Part shown: positions 18,878 through 27,234 of the stretch, piece by piece
Layout: each line of letters begins with the position of its first letter
Position numbering within the stretch: position 1 is the first letter of the stretch
NCBI GenBank assembly: GCA_039803205.1
Contig: JBDRYB010000021.1
Coordinates: forward strand, 1-33,222
Origin: a candidate division WOR-3 bacterium
GTDB lineage: Bacteria; Hydrothermota; Hydrothermia; JBDRYB01
Direction: 5' to 3'
DNA: 33,222 bases
Notes under the pieces: generated by a model
Seen by the model: only the letters and a program-made list of their open reading frames with translations
The model's database searches: none
Told to the model about the DNA's origin: nothing
Program-made: the position numbers and the translations under genes

Positions 18878-20077
18878 TTGAGGGTTCTTCAGATAGGCTA
18901 TCTGCCCCTTGAGAAGGGCGGAGAATCCGCTGGCGGAATAGCAACCCACATCTGGGAGCTCTCAGAGGCCCTCCTTGAAGCAGGCCACCGCCCTGAGATC
19001 CTCGCGCACAACAGGAGAGCACCAGACACGGTTGTTGACGGGATCCCGGTTCATCACTTCCCCAGGGGGCGCGAGGCAATCCTTCTCCCCCTCAGACAGA
19101 AACCATCCGTGAGCGTCCTGAGGGCAGGCGGCGCCGCAAGGGGTAGCCGGCTCAAAGGCATAGGCAAGGCATATTGGGTCAGGAGCGTTCTAGAGGCCGC
19201 CAGGCCGGACCTCATCCACTCCCACATCCCCTCGTTCTTCTTCGTCCCGGTTGCTAGGGCCTTGGGTTATCGGGGGCCCGTGGTTCTCAGCGTTCACTCT
19301 GTCCACGATATAACATACACCGGAGCAGATCCCGATGGCCTAGCCCGGATTAAGGCCCTTTTCCAGGACAGCTTGAGGCTCTCGGATGCTATCATCACGG
19401 TTCATCCCCATGTCCTTGAGGAAGCAAGAGGACTTGGGCTTTGGTGGAGCGCGCCGGCAAGGGTGATAATAAATGCGGTGAATCCAAAATTTTTCAGCAC
19501 GATGTCACGAGACAAGGCGAGAGCAGCGCTCGGTCTCCCAACCGAAAGGAGGATCGTTCTGTTCTCAGGGATAATGACCGGACGCAAGGGCGAAAAGGAA
19601 CTCATAAGAGCCTTTGCCTTTCTGAAGGGGGAAGAGCGCCTCATCATGATAGGCTATGGGCCTCGCGAACACGAGGCCAGAGCCCTAATATCTGAGCTTG
19701 GTTTATGGGAAAGGATAACGCTTGTAGGACCTGTCCCCAGGGAAAGAATGACCCTTTATTACAACGCGGCTGATCTCTTTGCCCTGCCGAGCCACTCAGA
19801 GGGTTTCGCCCTGAGCTACATGGAGGCAATGCTGTGCGGGACCCCCTTCCTCGCGGACAAAGCTCTCCCGCAGGAGCTTGTCGGAGAGGGCAATTGCGTT
19901 CTCGTTGATTCCCGTGACCCTTTGGATATAGCGAGGGGAATAACCGAGGCCCTCAGAAGGCAGTGGGATAGAAGACGAATAGCGGATTTCGGGAAAAGGT
20001 TCGCGTGGGGTCATGAAAAGCTCTCGGAGTATCTTGAGGTCTATAGGCTAGCTAGGGAAAATTCTGCATGCAATTGA
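18878..20077 (+). CDS. Glycosyltransferase family 4 (GT-B fold)
   Basis: GGIATHI..L, PDLIHSH, RKG, YYNAADLFALPSHSEGFALSYMEAMLCGTP (EX7E) motif. Confidence 0.93.
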   Translation: MRVLQIGYLPLEKGGESAGGIATHIWELSEALLEAGHRPEILAHNRRAPDTVVDGIPVHHFPRGREAILLPLRQKPSVSVLRAGGAARGSRLKGIGKAYWVRSVLEAARPDLIHSHIPSFFFVPVARALGYRGPVVLSVHSVHDITYTGADPDGLARIKALFQDSLRLSDAIITVHPHVLEEARGLGLWWSAPARVIINAVNPKFFSTMSRDKARAALGLPTERRIVLFSGIMTGRKGEKELIRAFAFLKGEERLIMIGYGPREHEARALISELGLWERITLVGPVPRERMTLYYNAADLFALPSHSEGFALSYMEAMLCGTPFLADKALPQELVGEGNCVLVDSRDPLDIARGITEALRRQWDRRRIADFGKRFAWGHEKLSEYLEVYRLARENSACN

Positions 20078-20113
20078 AGATACCGGGAAGAGCACGGATA
20101 ACCTTCCCCATCG

Positions 20114-21247
20114 TCAAACCGCCAGCTCTCTCACCCCAGCGACCGCGAACACCTCGCAACCCCTTCCCTCTCCAGCGAAACCCAGCTTGTTTCCGGATTT
20201 TGCCTTGACCGAAATAAGTTCGGGGCTTATCCCGAGCACAGACGCGAGGCTGTCTCTGATCTTTTCAATGTATGGCCCCAGCTTTGGTTGGGTGATTATC
20301 ACGGTAACATCAACGGACTCGGGCATGAAGTCCCTTTTTTCCAAAAGCTCAACGGTTTCCCTCAGGAGGGAAAGGCTGTTGGCATTCTCGTATTTCGGGT
20401 CAGAGTCCGGAAAATGCGTGCCTATATCCCCGAGCCCCGACGCGCCCAAAAGAGCGTCAATTACCGCGTGGCAGAGAGCATCACCATCGGAGTGGCCTAG
20501 GAGGCCCTTTTCCGATGGGAGCTCAATGCCTCCAAGGATCAAAGGCCTTCCCTTCCTGAACGGGTGAGCGTCCCAGCCAAATCCTGTCCTTCTTTTGCCA
20601 ATGAGCCTCTCGGCTAAGAGGAGATCATCCCCGACCGTTATTTTGATGTTTGATTCCTCTCCGGGGACCATGATGCTTTGAATCCCAAGGGTCTCCTCAA
20701 GGATCGTCGTGTCGTCCGTCGCGGGCCCTCTTGCGATATCATAGGCCCTCAGGATGAGCTCGCGCTTGAACCCTTGGGGAGTCTGGACCCTGAAGAGCCC
20801 CTCACGGTCCGGTCCCTTGAATACGAGCTCGCCCGTGGCTCTCTTTAGGGTATCTCTCACTGGTATCGCAGGAGCAACAGCTGGGTGGCGTTCAAGCCCC
20901 CTGATCACCCTGGTGATCAGATCAAGAGAAACGAGGGGCCTCGCCGAATCGTGTATTAGAACATACTCCCCCTTGGCCGCAGAAACCCCCGCCCTCGCTG
21001 AGTCTGTCCTCTCAGGACCTCCGGGGACCACCGCGCTCATCTTCGGAAACAGCCCCTTGATGTGCTCGGATGCTGAAGATTCCCCCTCCGGGAAGACGAG
21101 TATGATTTCTCCTATATCCGGATGCGCCTGAAATGCTCTGAGAGACCAGAAGAACAACGGCCTACCCGCTAGCAATGCTTTATGTTTGGGGCCGCCGAAC
21201 CTCCTTCCTGAGCCACCAGCGAGAACCACAGCGGAAAACCTCACCAC
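20114..21247 (-). CDS. ispDF: Bifunctional MEP cytidylyltransferase / MECDP synthase
   Basis: IspD motifs LAGGSGRRFG.PK, LIHDSARP, QTPQGF, TDD, NIKIT; IspF motifs GFGWDAH, GHSDGDALCHA, GDIGTHFPD. Confidence 0.95.
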   Translation of the reverse strand: MVRFSAVVLAGGSGRRFGGPKHKALLAGRPLFFWSLRAFQAHPDIGEIILVFPEGESSASEHIKGLFPKMSAVVPGGPERTDSARAGVSAAKGEYVLIHDSARPLVSLDLITRVIRGLERHPAVAPAIPVRDTLKRATGELVFKGPDREGLFRVQTPQGFKRELILRAYDIARGPATDDTTILEETLGIQSIMVPGEESNIKITVGDDLLLAERLIGKRRTGFGWDAHPFRKGRPLILGGIELPSEKGLLGHSDGDALCHAVIDALLGASGLGDIGTHFPDSDPKYENANSLSLLRETVELLEKRDFMPESVDVTVIITQPKLGPYIEKIRDSLASVLGISPELISVKAKSGNKLGFAGEGRGCEVFAVAGVRELAV

Positions 21248-22113
21248 ACCCTCACCTCCACCTTATCCGGCTCCATCTTCACAAGCCTTATGTCCTTCGG
21301 AAGCCTTATCTCAGGGCTCAGCTTGTATGTCCCGGAGCTGAGAGTATCAGCCCTTATCTTGCCCGGTGTTCCGGAAAAAGCGGAGAGGAGGCTGGCCGGT
21401 CCCTCAATTGTTATCACAACAGAATCCGGCGATAACCAAGCTCGCTTTCCCTCAATAACCACTGGAACAGCCAAGCTCTTAGCGCTCAGCGGCTCTATGA
21501 TGACCTCAACCTCTATTTCCTGGGGCTGTATCTTCGCGGAGGGGAACGGCGGGATAAGTTTCGTCATTGCCTTGAATCCCGAGCACCTTCCAGCTATGTT
21601 CACTGGCTCTGTGTGGATCTCCCTGGTCTGCATTATCAGGACCCCTGGCCCTTCAACAATAGGCGAGCCCGTTGCCCTTAGGCCTGAGACCACATAGCCC
21701 TTCTCCGGTTCGCCCTTGATCTCCGGCACGACCGCTGGGCGCTTTCTGGCTATCGTGTCAAGGATGAAATCAAGCTCCTGTGGCCTGAATCCCCTCACCC
21801 CGATGTCCAATCCTCTCGTATCAAGATCTGAAGGGCTTATTGTTATCGTATTTCTCCCGAGCTTAACCCTGCTCAGATCAACCGTGAGCCTTGGGCTGAG
21901 AAAAACCAAGGCCAGAAGCCCAGTTCCCTTCACCGTGATCTCAGCAACCACGAAAGAGTCAGGTCTCTCAACGAAAGCGAGCTCCCTAGAAAGCCCTTTG
22001 TATTCCACTGGAATTAGTATCTCTATGTTGTATGTCCTTTGCGTCTTCGCGTAAAACCAGAGAAGTATTGCCAACACGAACGCGAGAAACCTCATTCCCC
22101 AGCCCCTACGCAT
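21241..22113 (-). CDS. cdaR: CdaR (YbbR-like repeat) regulator of diadenylate cyclase
   Basis: N-terminal TM LAFVLAILLWFY, repeated YbbR-like units (IPVEY, GEPEKGY, I.TEPVNI, P.KVEV); directly downstream of cdaA. Start may be ATG 22095. Confidence 0.85.
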   Translation of the reverse strand: MRRGWGMRFLAFVLAILLWFYAKTQRTYNIEILIPVEYKGLSRELAFVERPDSFVVAEITVKGTGLLALVFLSPRLTVDLSRVKLGRNTITISPSDLDTRGLDIGVRGFRPQELDFILDTIARKRPAVVPEIKGEPEKGYVVSGLRATGSPIVEGPGVLIMQTREIHTEPVNIAGRCSGFKAMTKLIPPFPSAKIQPQEIEVEVIIEPLSAKSLAVPVVIEGKRAWLSPDSVVITIEGPASLLSAFSGTPGKIRADTLSSGTYKLSPEIRLPKDIRLVKMEPDKVEVRVW

Positions 22114-22861
22114 TTCCCAACTCCCTGTCCAAGAAGCTCAGAAGCCCTTCCTTTGAAAGGGGCGCGGATAGCCTTCCCCCGACGCATGCCCTTATGTTTC
22201 TGTTTTCTTCAGAAACCACTATTGCTATAGCGTCCGAAACTTCTGTTATCCCAACTGCCGCCCGGTGTCTCGTGCCGTAAAGCTCTGGCGGAAGGTTCCT
22301 TGATACCGGAAGGATTGCCTTCGCGGCCAGTATGGTGCTCTCACGGATTATCACCGCTCCATCGTGCAAGGGCGAATCCGGTAGGAGAAGGGAAATTAAG
22401 AGCGGAACAGAAAACTCTGTATTGAGAGGGACAGCCTCTTCCGTGAACTCCCTCAGGCCCATGCGCCTCTCTATCACGATAATGGCGCCGAGGCCGCGCT
22501 CGCGCAGCTCGCACGAAGCATCGGCTATCCTGTCTATGGGGACGCTCTCCCTTATGAGCCCACGGAAAAAAGGCCTCTGGCCAACCAGGCCCAACGCTCT
22601 CCTTATCTCAGGTTGGAATATTATTACCAGAGCGACCAGGGCTATTGTCTTTACCGCGTCTATGATCCAGCTGAGGCTCGGGAAATCAAGGACCTGGGCC
22701 AATACCCCAACAGCTATGACTATGAGAACCCCTATGAATATGTATGGCGCCCTTGTCCCCCGGAAAAGCTTCAGAAATTGGTAAATTAGCACTGTCACGA
22801 GGATTATGTCCAGGGCGTCTATTATTCCGAAACCGAGGAAGCGGAGAAGCCCTATATTCAA
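22106..22861 (-). CDS. cdaA: Diadenylate cyclase CdaA (DacA)
   Basis: Three TM helices, IIFQPEIRRAL, catalytic PLHDGAVII (DGA) and GTRHRAA (RHR), VVSEE. Confidence 0.96.
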   Translation of the reverse strand: MNIGLLRFLGFGIIDALDIILVTVLIYQFLKLFRGTRAPYIFIGVLIVIAVGVLAQVLDFPSLSWIIDAVKTIALVALVIIFQPEIRRALGLVGQRPFFRGLIRESVPIDRIADASCELRERGLGAIIVIERRMGLREFTEEAVPLNTEFSVPLLISLLLPDSPLHDGAVIIRESTILAAKAILPVSRNLPPELYGTRHRAAVGITEVSDAIAIVVSEENRNIRACVGGRLSAPLSKEGLLSFLDRELGNA

Positions 22862-24063
22862 GTCAGGTAATCCTCCGGCGAGGCTATTGCTTTTGCCATC
22901 CTTACCGCCTGAGCGGTCTCCTTCACATCGTGGGTTCTTATCACATCAGCGCCGAGCCAAGCGGATATCGCCGCGACCCCAAGGGAACCAAAAAGCCTCT
23001 CATCAGCGGATTCAACCCCAAGGACCTTGCCTATGAAGCTCTTCCTTGAGTGTCCTATGACAATGGGGCGACCAAGGGTTTTGAACTCCGGGATCTTCTT
23101 CAGGATCAGCAGGTTGTCGCAAACCCTTTTCCCAAACCCTATTCCGGGATCAATCGCTATACGCTCTGGAGTTATCCCATGCTGAATCGCGAGATCAAGC
23201 CTCCGTCTTAAGTAATCGCGGATCTCCCCTATCGTGTCATCGTAATGCGGATTAACCTGCATGTCTTTCGGGGTTCCCTTTATGTGCATAATTATCAACC
23301 CCACATGTGTTTCAGCGATCACCTTCGCCATTTCCTCGTCAAATCCCAGGCCGGATATATCGTTGATGATATCAGCGCCAGCTGATATAGCTTCTCTGGC
23401 TACCGCGGCTTTGTATGTATCAACCGAAATGATAAAATCCTTGCCCAGAGCCTTTCTAAGCCCTTCAATGGTAGGGATAACCCGTCTCAGCTCTTCCTCC
23501 GCACGGACGGGCTCAGAACCGGGCCTCGTTGATTCTCCGCCTATGTCAAGTATGTCCGCGCCTTCCTCGGCCATCCTGAGCCCACGCTCAATCGCCTCAA
23601 CAGGGTTTTCGCATCTGGCGCCCTCGTAGAAGGAGTCGGGCGTGATGTTAAGGATGCCCATTATCAGAGGTTTTCCGAACCCTATTTCCTTACCGTTCGC
23701 TACCCAAACGGGTTTTTGCTGAGATAGGGCTGATATAAGGGCCTCCGCGAGATCACCGAGGCCGTAAACCTGGCCGCGGATCTTCTCGGCGAGGAGCGAG
23801 AGCCTTCTCTCATCCCCCCACAGGAGCGCGTCCGTGAGCTTTACAGAACAATTTATGACCCCGATTGAGACTGCCAACTCCGCACCATATGAGAGGGCTT
23901 CCTGTTTGAGTATGTTAGCGGCGGGAGCCCTGAGGCCCCTAATGTAAAAGAAGCGGAAGCGGGTCTTGGGCGCCATGACCCTCGCGCCGTCCGGATCCAC
24001 CCCTATGCGCTTGAATATCTCATCTATTTCTTTGCTTTCAGGAAATACCTCCCTTATATCCAT
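22858..24063 (-). CDS. folP: Dihydropteroate synthase with ~130-aa N-terminal extension
   Basis: IMGILNITPDSF, DIGGESTRPG, SVDTYK, INDISG, DPGIGFGK, SRKSF and RTHDV motifs; N-terminal AANILKQEALS.GA domain. Confidence 0.96.
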   Translation of the reverse strand: MDIREVFPESKEIDEIFKRIGVDPDGARVMAPKTRFRFFYIRGLRAPAANILKQEALSYGAELAVSIGVINCSVKLTDALLWGDERRLSLLAEKIRGQVYGLGDLAEALISALSQQKPVWVANGKEIGFGKPLIMGILNITPDSFYEGARCENPVEAIERGLRMAEEGADILDIGGESTRPGSEPVRAEEELRRVIPTIEGLRKALGKDFIISVDTYKAAVAREAISAGADIINDISGLGFDEEMAKVIAETHVGLIIMHIKGTPKDMQVNPHYDDTIGEIRDYLRRRLDLAIQHGITPERIAIDPGIGFGKRVCDNLLILKKIPEFKTLGRPIVIGHSRKSFIGKVLGVESADERLFGSLGVAAISAWLGADVIRTHDVKETAQAVRMAKAIASPEDYLT

Positions 24064-24072
24064 AGGCCTTAA

Positions 24073-24102
24073 ATTCTAGCTTACCGAGCTGGGATTTTGC
24101 AA
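24073..24102 (-). promoter_or_regulatory. Candidate promoter for folP-cdaA-cdaR-ispDF
   Basis: TTGCAA-N18-TAGAAT-N9-ATG, no strong SD. Confidence 0.6.
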
Positions 24103-24106
24103 TTAA

Positions 24107-24132
24107 AATGATCCCCCGCGCGGGGGATCATT
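24107..24132 (-). terminator. Intrinsic terminator after the lipoprotein gene
   Basis: Perfect palindrome AATGATCCCCC-GCGC-GGGGGATCATT whose 3' arm runs into a T-rich tail (...ATCATTTTAATT) on the minus strand. Confidence 0.8.
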
Positions 24133-24150
24133 ATCTACCACTGCAAATAA

Positions 24151-24678
24151 CTAGAACTTCAGGCCGTTTACGAACTCATCCATTGCCTTCTTGTCTTTGG
24201 CCGTGAACTCATCCGCGCCCTCGTGCGCCATGACCATAAACAACATCTTGTCGCCTTCTATGAGGATTATGGTCCTGGCTATTCCCTCACCTTCTTCTAT
24301 CTTGCCTTTGAAGGTCTTCTCGTATCCCTGAACGCCGCCTATGACTGTTGAGCCCTCGTGAATGGTTTGGAGTGTGGCATCAGTGCCAGCGAATTCGGCC
24401 ATCATTAGGTCCATGAAATCCCTCGGGGTGAGTCCAGAGGCCTCAAGCCCCTCTGCCTCTCCGTATATGATGCTTGCATCCAGGTCGCCCTTCTTGAAAT
24501 CCACAGTGGTCATGCCCTCTTCGGTTTCCTTGTTGGTCTGCTCCCAGCCTCCGGGCAGTTTCAGACTCAGACCAAAGGAGCTGTCCTCATACTCTACGCC
24601 CTTTGACTTTCCTCCGCAGGCAACCAGCGCTATGGCCAGCCCGCTCGCCGCCGCTATTCCTATTAGCTTTTTCATCAC
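24151..24678 (-). CDS. Lipoprotein, probable PsbP/DcrB-like fold
   Basis: MKK...LVAC lipobox; FGLSLKLPGGWE and TVIGGVQGYE motifs resemble PsbP-like domains; SD AAGGAGG; promoter TTGATC-N18-TATAGT at 24708-24737. Confidence 0.75.
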   Translation of the reverse strand: MMKKLIGIAAASGLAIALVACGGKSKGVEYEDSSFGLSLKLPGGWEQTNKETEEGMTTVDFKKGDLDASIIYGEAEGLEASGLTPRDFMDLMMAEFAGTDATLQTIHEGSTVIGGVQGYEKTFKGKIEEGEGIARTIILIEGDKMLFMVMAHEGADEFTAKDKKAMDEFVNGLKF

Positions 24679-24733
24679 AACCTCCTTACGGGTTTTGAGA
24701 TGGTCAAACTATAAGGGGCCAGCTCAAGGCGGA

Positions 24734-25600
24734 TCAAACACAACCCTTTATGGAACGGATGAGGTTCTCTATCCTGTCACCAAAGGCCATCGCTATGCAC
24801 ATTGCCCTCTGGCCTTTGTTGGCCCCGGAGCCCCAGGCGAGCGCGAGCTTTCTGAGCCTGCCGGGTTGACGCTGTGCCATTACGATATCGGTGCTTTTTG
24901 CCCTTAAAAGCCTCAGAACGCACCCCTCAAGCCCAAGAGCTCGCGCTAATCCAAGGGACTTTTCTGGGTCCGCCAGTCTGAGAATCCTTTTGGCGTCCTC
25001 CTGCCAGATGAGCCTCGGGCCAAATGTGAACGAGCCCAAGGCCGCGTGTGCTGAGATTATTATCAGCTCGTCCTCAGGAGAGAGAAAACCATTGACAGAA
25101 CGAGCCCAGAGTGGTTTTGGTGGTATGTAGAGCTCCGGTTTTAGCGGATAAATGTGCAGATCAACACTCAACTTTCCCCTGTGCATGACGAATCCCTTGC
25201 GGCTAGCGATGACATCCAAAAACCCCTTTGATAAAAGGATACTCCTGAATCCTTGGATATCCCCAGGTTTTACCAGGAGATCTATGTCCAGCATGGGCCT
25301 TTCTTGGGGCGCGTATAGTCCTCTGGCAATGAGGGAAGAGCCTTTCATTGGCAGAAATTCCAGTCCGGCATCTCTCAGATACGAGAGTATTGCCAAGTGC
25401 GCCAAGGAGAGCGAGGCCTGCCTCGCGTAATCGGGAAAAAGGGCCCTTTTCCCTTCATCTGATTCCACATTCGGATAGATGAGGCCCAAAACCCCATGTT
25501 TAAGAGCCAGGTCTCTGATGACTTGCCAATCCTCAACCTCAATGTGTTCCCTTGTCAGAAGAACCAGAGCCTCAGCAAGCTCCTCGTCGGGTCCGCTCAT
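24734..25600 (-). CDS. Nucleotidyltransferase family protein (NTP_transf_5-like)
   Basis: LALKHGVLGL, LPMKGSSL...Y....RPMLDIDLLV (KG...RxxxDxD), VDLH and LSPEDELI..SAH motifs. Confidence 0.85.
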   Translation of the reverse strand: MSGPDEELAEALVLLTREHIEVEDWQVIRDLALKHGVLGLIYPNVESDEGKRALFPDYARQASLSLAHLAILSYLRDAGLEFLPMKGSSLIARGLYAPQERPMLDIDLLVKPGDIQGFRSILLSKGFLDVIASRKGFVMHRGKLSVDLHIYPLKPELYIPPKPLWARSVNGFLSPEDELIIISAHAALGSFTFGPRLIWQEDAKRILRLADPEKSLGLARALGLEGCVLRLLRAKSTDIVMAQRQPGRLRKLALAWGSGANKGQRAMCIAMAFGDRIENLIRSIKGCV

Positions 25601-26325
25601 TTTTCCGCTATTTTCCGGATTGCCTCCGTGGCCTCCTCCTTGCTCGGATAAACGAGGCTGACAATACCTCTTTCGCTCAGCTTTGCAATGAACTCCAGGC
25701 CCCGGGAGCCGGTTGCCCTCAGATTAAAGTTCTCCCTGAGAAGCACTAGGGCCGCCTCACGACCCATGAGCTCTGTTAAGGATATCCGAAGGCCTGGCGC
25801 ATATGTGAGGGAGATCACCCTGAAAAGCCTTGTGGGTCCTGATATTTCATCCGGAAGGAACGACATCGGCATCGCGGGGGAAACGGTCTCGTCACACAGA
25901 TTCACGGGCGCTCCGTCCTCCGCGAGAAAGCCGTAGCCCTCGGAACAAAGAGCCTTAACGAGAGTGGTCTTTCCTGATCCTCCGGGGCCCACCATTAATA
26001 GAGCCCCCCGCCTCGTCCTGAGAGCTGAGGCATGGAGGACAAGAGCATCCCGCGCATGCCTCGCCAATAAGTTCCTCGTCCAGTATGAGAGCAGACTGAT
26101 GAAATCCAGTTCAGCCGGGGTCTCCCTGAAGAAACAGGAATTTCCGTCTGTCTCAAAGAAACCCTCCTGCTCCCTTATCCCTACCGAAAGAAAGAGATCC
26201 GGCGGGCCATCATCCCTGAATCTCGTTATGAATCCCCTGAACAAGTGCGATAGCTCCGGGGAATAATCCCACAATACCCTTTTCCCAAAGTGAAGGGTGA
26301 TGAGATGCCCTGAGTTTCTACTCAT
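25597..26325 (-). CDS. HPr kinase-related P-loop kinase
   Basis: LVLHASAL...LLMVGPGGSGKTTL...GYGFLAED: His, Walker A and acidic pair of the HprK-like family. Confidence 0.8.
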   Translation of the reverse strand: MSRNSGHLITLHFGKRVLWDYSPELSHLFRGFITRFRDDGPPDLFLSVGIREQEGFFETDGNSCFFRETPAELDFISLLSYWTRNLLARHARDALVLHASALRTRRGALLMVGPGGSGKTTLVKALCSEGYGFLAEDGAPVNLCDETVSPAMPMSFLPDEISGPTRLFRVISLTYAPGLRISLTELMGREAALVLLRENFNLRATGSRGLEFIAKLSERGIVSLVYPSKEEATEAIRKIAEK

Positions 26326-26566
26326 CCTCCAGGAGGCCTTTTTCTCTGAGCTCTTGGAGGAATGCCCTGGTATCCTCCCGCGCCTCGTCTTCTTCTATGC
26401 CGTATCTCTCAGTGAGCAACCTCACTATTTCATCCTCTCCAAGATCCGCGTTCTCCCAGATCGTTGCACCGGTCTCGTTGAGGGTGTAGGCTTCATCCTT
26501 ATCGGGGTCGTAAATAATGAGGCCGTCGGTTATGCGCTGTGCGAGAAGTCCTTGTTTCTTTCTCAT
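26318..26566 (-). CDS. PqqD family protein (RiPP recognition element)
   Basis: 82 aa from ATG 26566: DGLIIYDPDKDEAYTLNETGATIWE...EIVRLLTERYGI..DEAREDTRAFLQELREKGLL, the classic PqqD pattern; ATGA overlap with the upstream gene. Confidence 0.92.
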   Translation of the reverse strand: MRKKQGLLAQRITDGLIIYDPDKDEAYTLNETGATIWENADLGEDEIVRLLTERYGIEEDEAREDTRAFLQELREKGLLEDE

Positions 26567-27168
26567 TTCGTAAAGAGAAGATACAGAGCGAGGATCATCA
26601 TGCCCGTGTTCGCGAGGCTCATGACGAAGTTGAAGTTCTCCATCGTGCAGAGCCGGAAAGCCTTCGGAACGACTATAACCTGGCCGGGATAAACCGGAAC
26701 ATCCTCCGTTTTTCCGGAAAGTATGGCCGCGAGATCGGCCCTTTTGCTCTCCCATTTGCCATCCCTTCTGGTCTTTATCACAACACCGGAGAGCCTCGCG
26801 TCAGAGGAAGGCCCCCCTGCTGCCTGAACCGCATCCGATAGGGTCATCCCCTTTCTGAACTGGATGTAGCCAGGGCTATTTACCCTTCCTGTGACGAGAA
26901 CCTGCGGTGGGGTAAGGTTCTCTATTGAAAGAAGTATCAGGGGGTCTTTGTAGTAGGGGAGTAGGTGAGATCTGAGTGTATCCTTAAACTCGCTCAGGCT
27001 GAGGCCTCCAGCCCTCAATTTCCCGATCAGTCTCAGGTATAAAAAACCGGAATCATCCACCGCTCCTGTTTCAGAGAAACCAGCCGTCCCAGCTACCTCA
27101 ACCTTTACGATATCCCCTGGCCTCAGGGTGTCCTGGGGAACATCCGCGAGCAGAAACAAAGCTATCAC
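26563..27168 (-). CDS. Polysaccharide export protein, Wza-like (Poly_export + SLBB domains)
   Basis: LRPGDIV, VDDSG.LYL.LIGKL.A.GL, VLVTGRVNSPG, TLSDAV.AAGG, VYPGQVIVVP, C-terminal hydrophobic helix; GTG start. Confidence 0.88.
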   Translation of the reverse strand: MIALFLLADVPQDTLRPGDIVKVEVAGTAGFSETGAVDDSGFLYLRLIGKLRAGGLSLSEFKDTLRSHLLPYYKDPLILLSIENLTPPQVLVTGRVNSPGYIQFRKGMTLSDAVQAAGGPSSDARLSGVVIKTRRDGKWESKRADLAAILSGKTEDVPVYPGQVIVVPKAFRLCTMENFNFVMSLANTGMMILALYLLFTK

Positions 27169-27174
27169 GGGAAA

Positions 27175-27204
27175 AGTTTAATGGGTGAGAGAGGGCTCGT
27201 GCAA
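27175..27204 (-). promoter_or_regulatory. Promoter of the Wza-PqqD-kinase-NTase operon (leaderless)
   Basis: TTGCAC-N18-TAAACT-N6-GTG, no SD. Confidence 0.6.
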
Positions 27205-27234
27205 TAACCGGGCCCTGGCTTTTCAAGGGAAAAT

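Noticed and set aside
26318..26755. 145-aa ORF as listed in the ORF track
   Set aside because: The first 63 codons overlap the Wza-like gene in another frame; the PqqD domain begins at ATG 26566 with a standard ATGA overlap.
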